From assembly GCA_038087875.1 (NCBI GenBank), contig JAXLNO010000230.1, positions 186,001-250,000 on the forward strand: 64,000 nucleotides of DNA, read 5' to 3'. This stretch comes from Malacoraja senta (taxonomy: Eukaryota). Positions 62,569 to 64,000 of the stretch are shown here, piece after piece; position 1 is the first letter of the stretch, and each line of letters begins with the position of its first letter. The notes under the pieces were generated by a model. It was not told the DNA's origin and did not search any database. It saw only the letters and a list, made by a program, of their open reading frames with translations. A program made the position numbers and the translations under genes.

Positions 62569-64000
62569 CAGGCATGTGCCGTGAGTAATTACTTAGGGTA
62601 GGCAGTCAGTCGGATTTTAAAAATAAATCTTAAACCGCGCATGCGCAGATTGTTCACCTCTCCATAAAAATAAAAAAAATAAATGAAGAAAGTAACAATT
62701 CAATTTGCCCAAGGCTTCCAAATCCCCTTCATTCTGAATTACTGAATGGGTGGGGGGTGGAGGGTGACGGCTGGTGGATAGACGGTGGGGAAAACGGGAG
62801 CACACCGGGACAGGTTGAATCAGTTGTGATCTTATTGAATGACAATAATGAATGAATGAATGAATAAGTTTATACTAATACTAATTCAAGGGAACAATTG
62901 GGGGGAGAGTTCCTTTCAGAGCGTATGGGGAGTCTGTGCCAAGGTTAAAGTTGCGGGGAGGGCAGGAGCGTTGAGAAGGAGGGGGTCGGGGATCATGCCA
63001 GTAACCCACTCATTCACCGCTGCTGCGGCGCTCCGGGCGCAGAGCCACCGCATTGCGGTCGGGGAGGGAAGCAGCTCGGCGGGACTGGACAGCAGAACTG
63101 GCCGCCACTTCAGCGCCTTCTGCCGGCCCGCTCACCTCTGCCAGTGCTCTCCGTCTGAACATCTCTCACCTGCCACTTGCCAGCTTCGCTCATGTCAGCC
63201 GCTTCCCACAAATCCTGAAATTCCCACAGCCGAGTAACCTCAATTGGTCCATTGATCGCGCTGTCGGAATTTAAGGATTTGTGGGAAGCGGCTGACATGA
63301 GTGAGGCCGGCGAGCGGCAGGAGAGAGGTTTTCAGACGGAGAGCACTGCCAGAGGTGAGCGGGGGCCGGCAGAGGGTGCTGTCCGGTCCCGGCGGCCGCT
63401 CGCAGTCACCCGAGCTACTTCAACCCCCGGCCACAATGCGGTGGCTCTGCGCCTGGAGCGTCGCAAGTGGGTTACTGGGATGATCCCTGACCCCCGCCTT
63501 CTGAACACTCCTGCCCTCATCGCAAATTTACCCCGGGCCACTCCCCACAGGCTGTGAAAGGAACTCTTTCCCCCCCCCACCCCGGGAAATACGGTATTTA
63601 AAAACATATAGCACCAAGAAATGTACTTACCACATTATCGGTACACGTACTCCATTCTTCTCTTTGTTTCCTAAGATACTCTTAAGATAATGGCAATCCA
63701 TGTATGAAAAACCCACCAAGAAACTTGCGCTGCGCATGCGCAGTACTGCAAAGGCAGAATTTCAGCTGCCTTCAGCTCTCCCTGTCATTGATGGCTTGAA
63801 GCAGCGCCGATGTTACGTGGGCTGCACAGACATTCGCGTGTTACAAATACTGCGGATGAAAGGCACGGAGAATTATGCCTACCGAAGAGATCGATCTCTT
63901 AGATGGATACAATTCTCCCATGCCTTTACTATTTATATTTAATAATTACCATTTTATAATTTTAGTCAGGGTAGGCATTGCCTACCTTGCCTACCCTGAC
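62569..64000. mobile_element. hAT-like non-autonomous element (right TIR predicted just beyond the window)
   Basis: Begins CAGGCATGTGCCGT...AGGGTAGGCA; the window ends TGCCTACCTTGCCTACCCTGAC, complementary to the left subterminal motif. It interrupts the Tc1 right arm. Confidence 0.65.

Noticed and set aside
51503..64000. Downstream KDM4C PHD/Tudor exons
   Set aside because: No supportable exon recognised; the region appears intronic.

Overview
Vertebrate genomic DNA, not prokaryotic. The repeat repertoire (CR1 LINEs with (TTCTATGT)n tails, an HE1-like V-SINE, Rex1, Penelope) suggests a cartilaginous fish such as a skate or ray; this is inference. The window lies inside a + strand KDM4-family histone demethylase gene, most similar to KDM4C. 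Five internal coding exons (32333-32538, 33100-33347, 38790-39169, 43593-43719, 51321-51502) have GT-AG boundaries and mutually consistent phases, and join into 381 stop-free codons running from just after JmjC to the start of the PHD region. The rest is intron filled with nested transposable elements: CR1, Rex1/Babar, L1, L2, RTE-derived, Penelope, Helitrons, PIF/Harbinger, Tc1, a hAT-like element and an unclassified TIR element. The most notable signals are: (1) about a dozen Penelope-derived minimal hammerhead-ribozyme cores, some in fold-back or tandem arrangements; (2) two unrelated retroelements inserted at the homologous site in both arms of a two-headed Tc1 element; (3) two Harbinger elements at the same site of one repeat family; (4) several strong hairpins; (5) inverted CR1 copies flanking an in-frame three-exon block. 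No CRISPR, operon or other prokaryotic system is supported. Family assignments come from my recognition of motifs, not from database searches.
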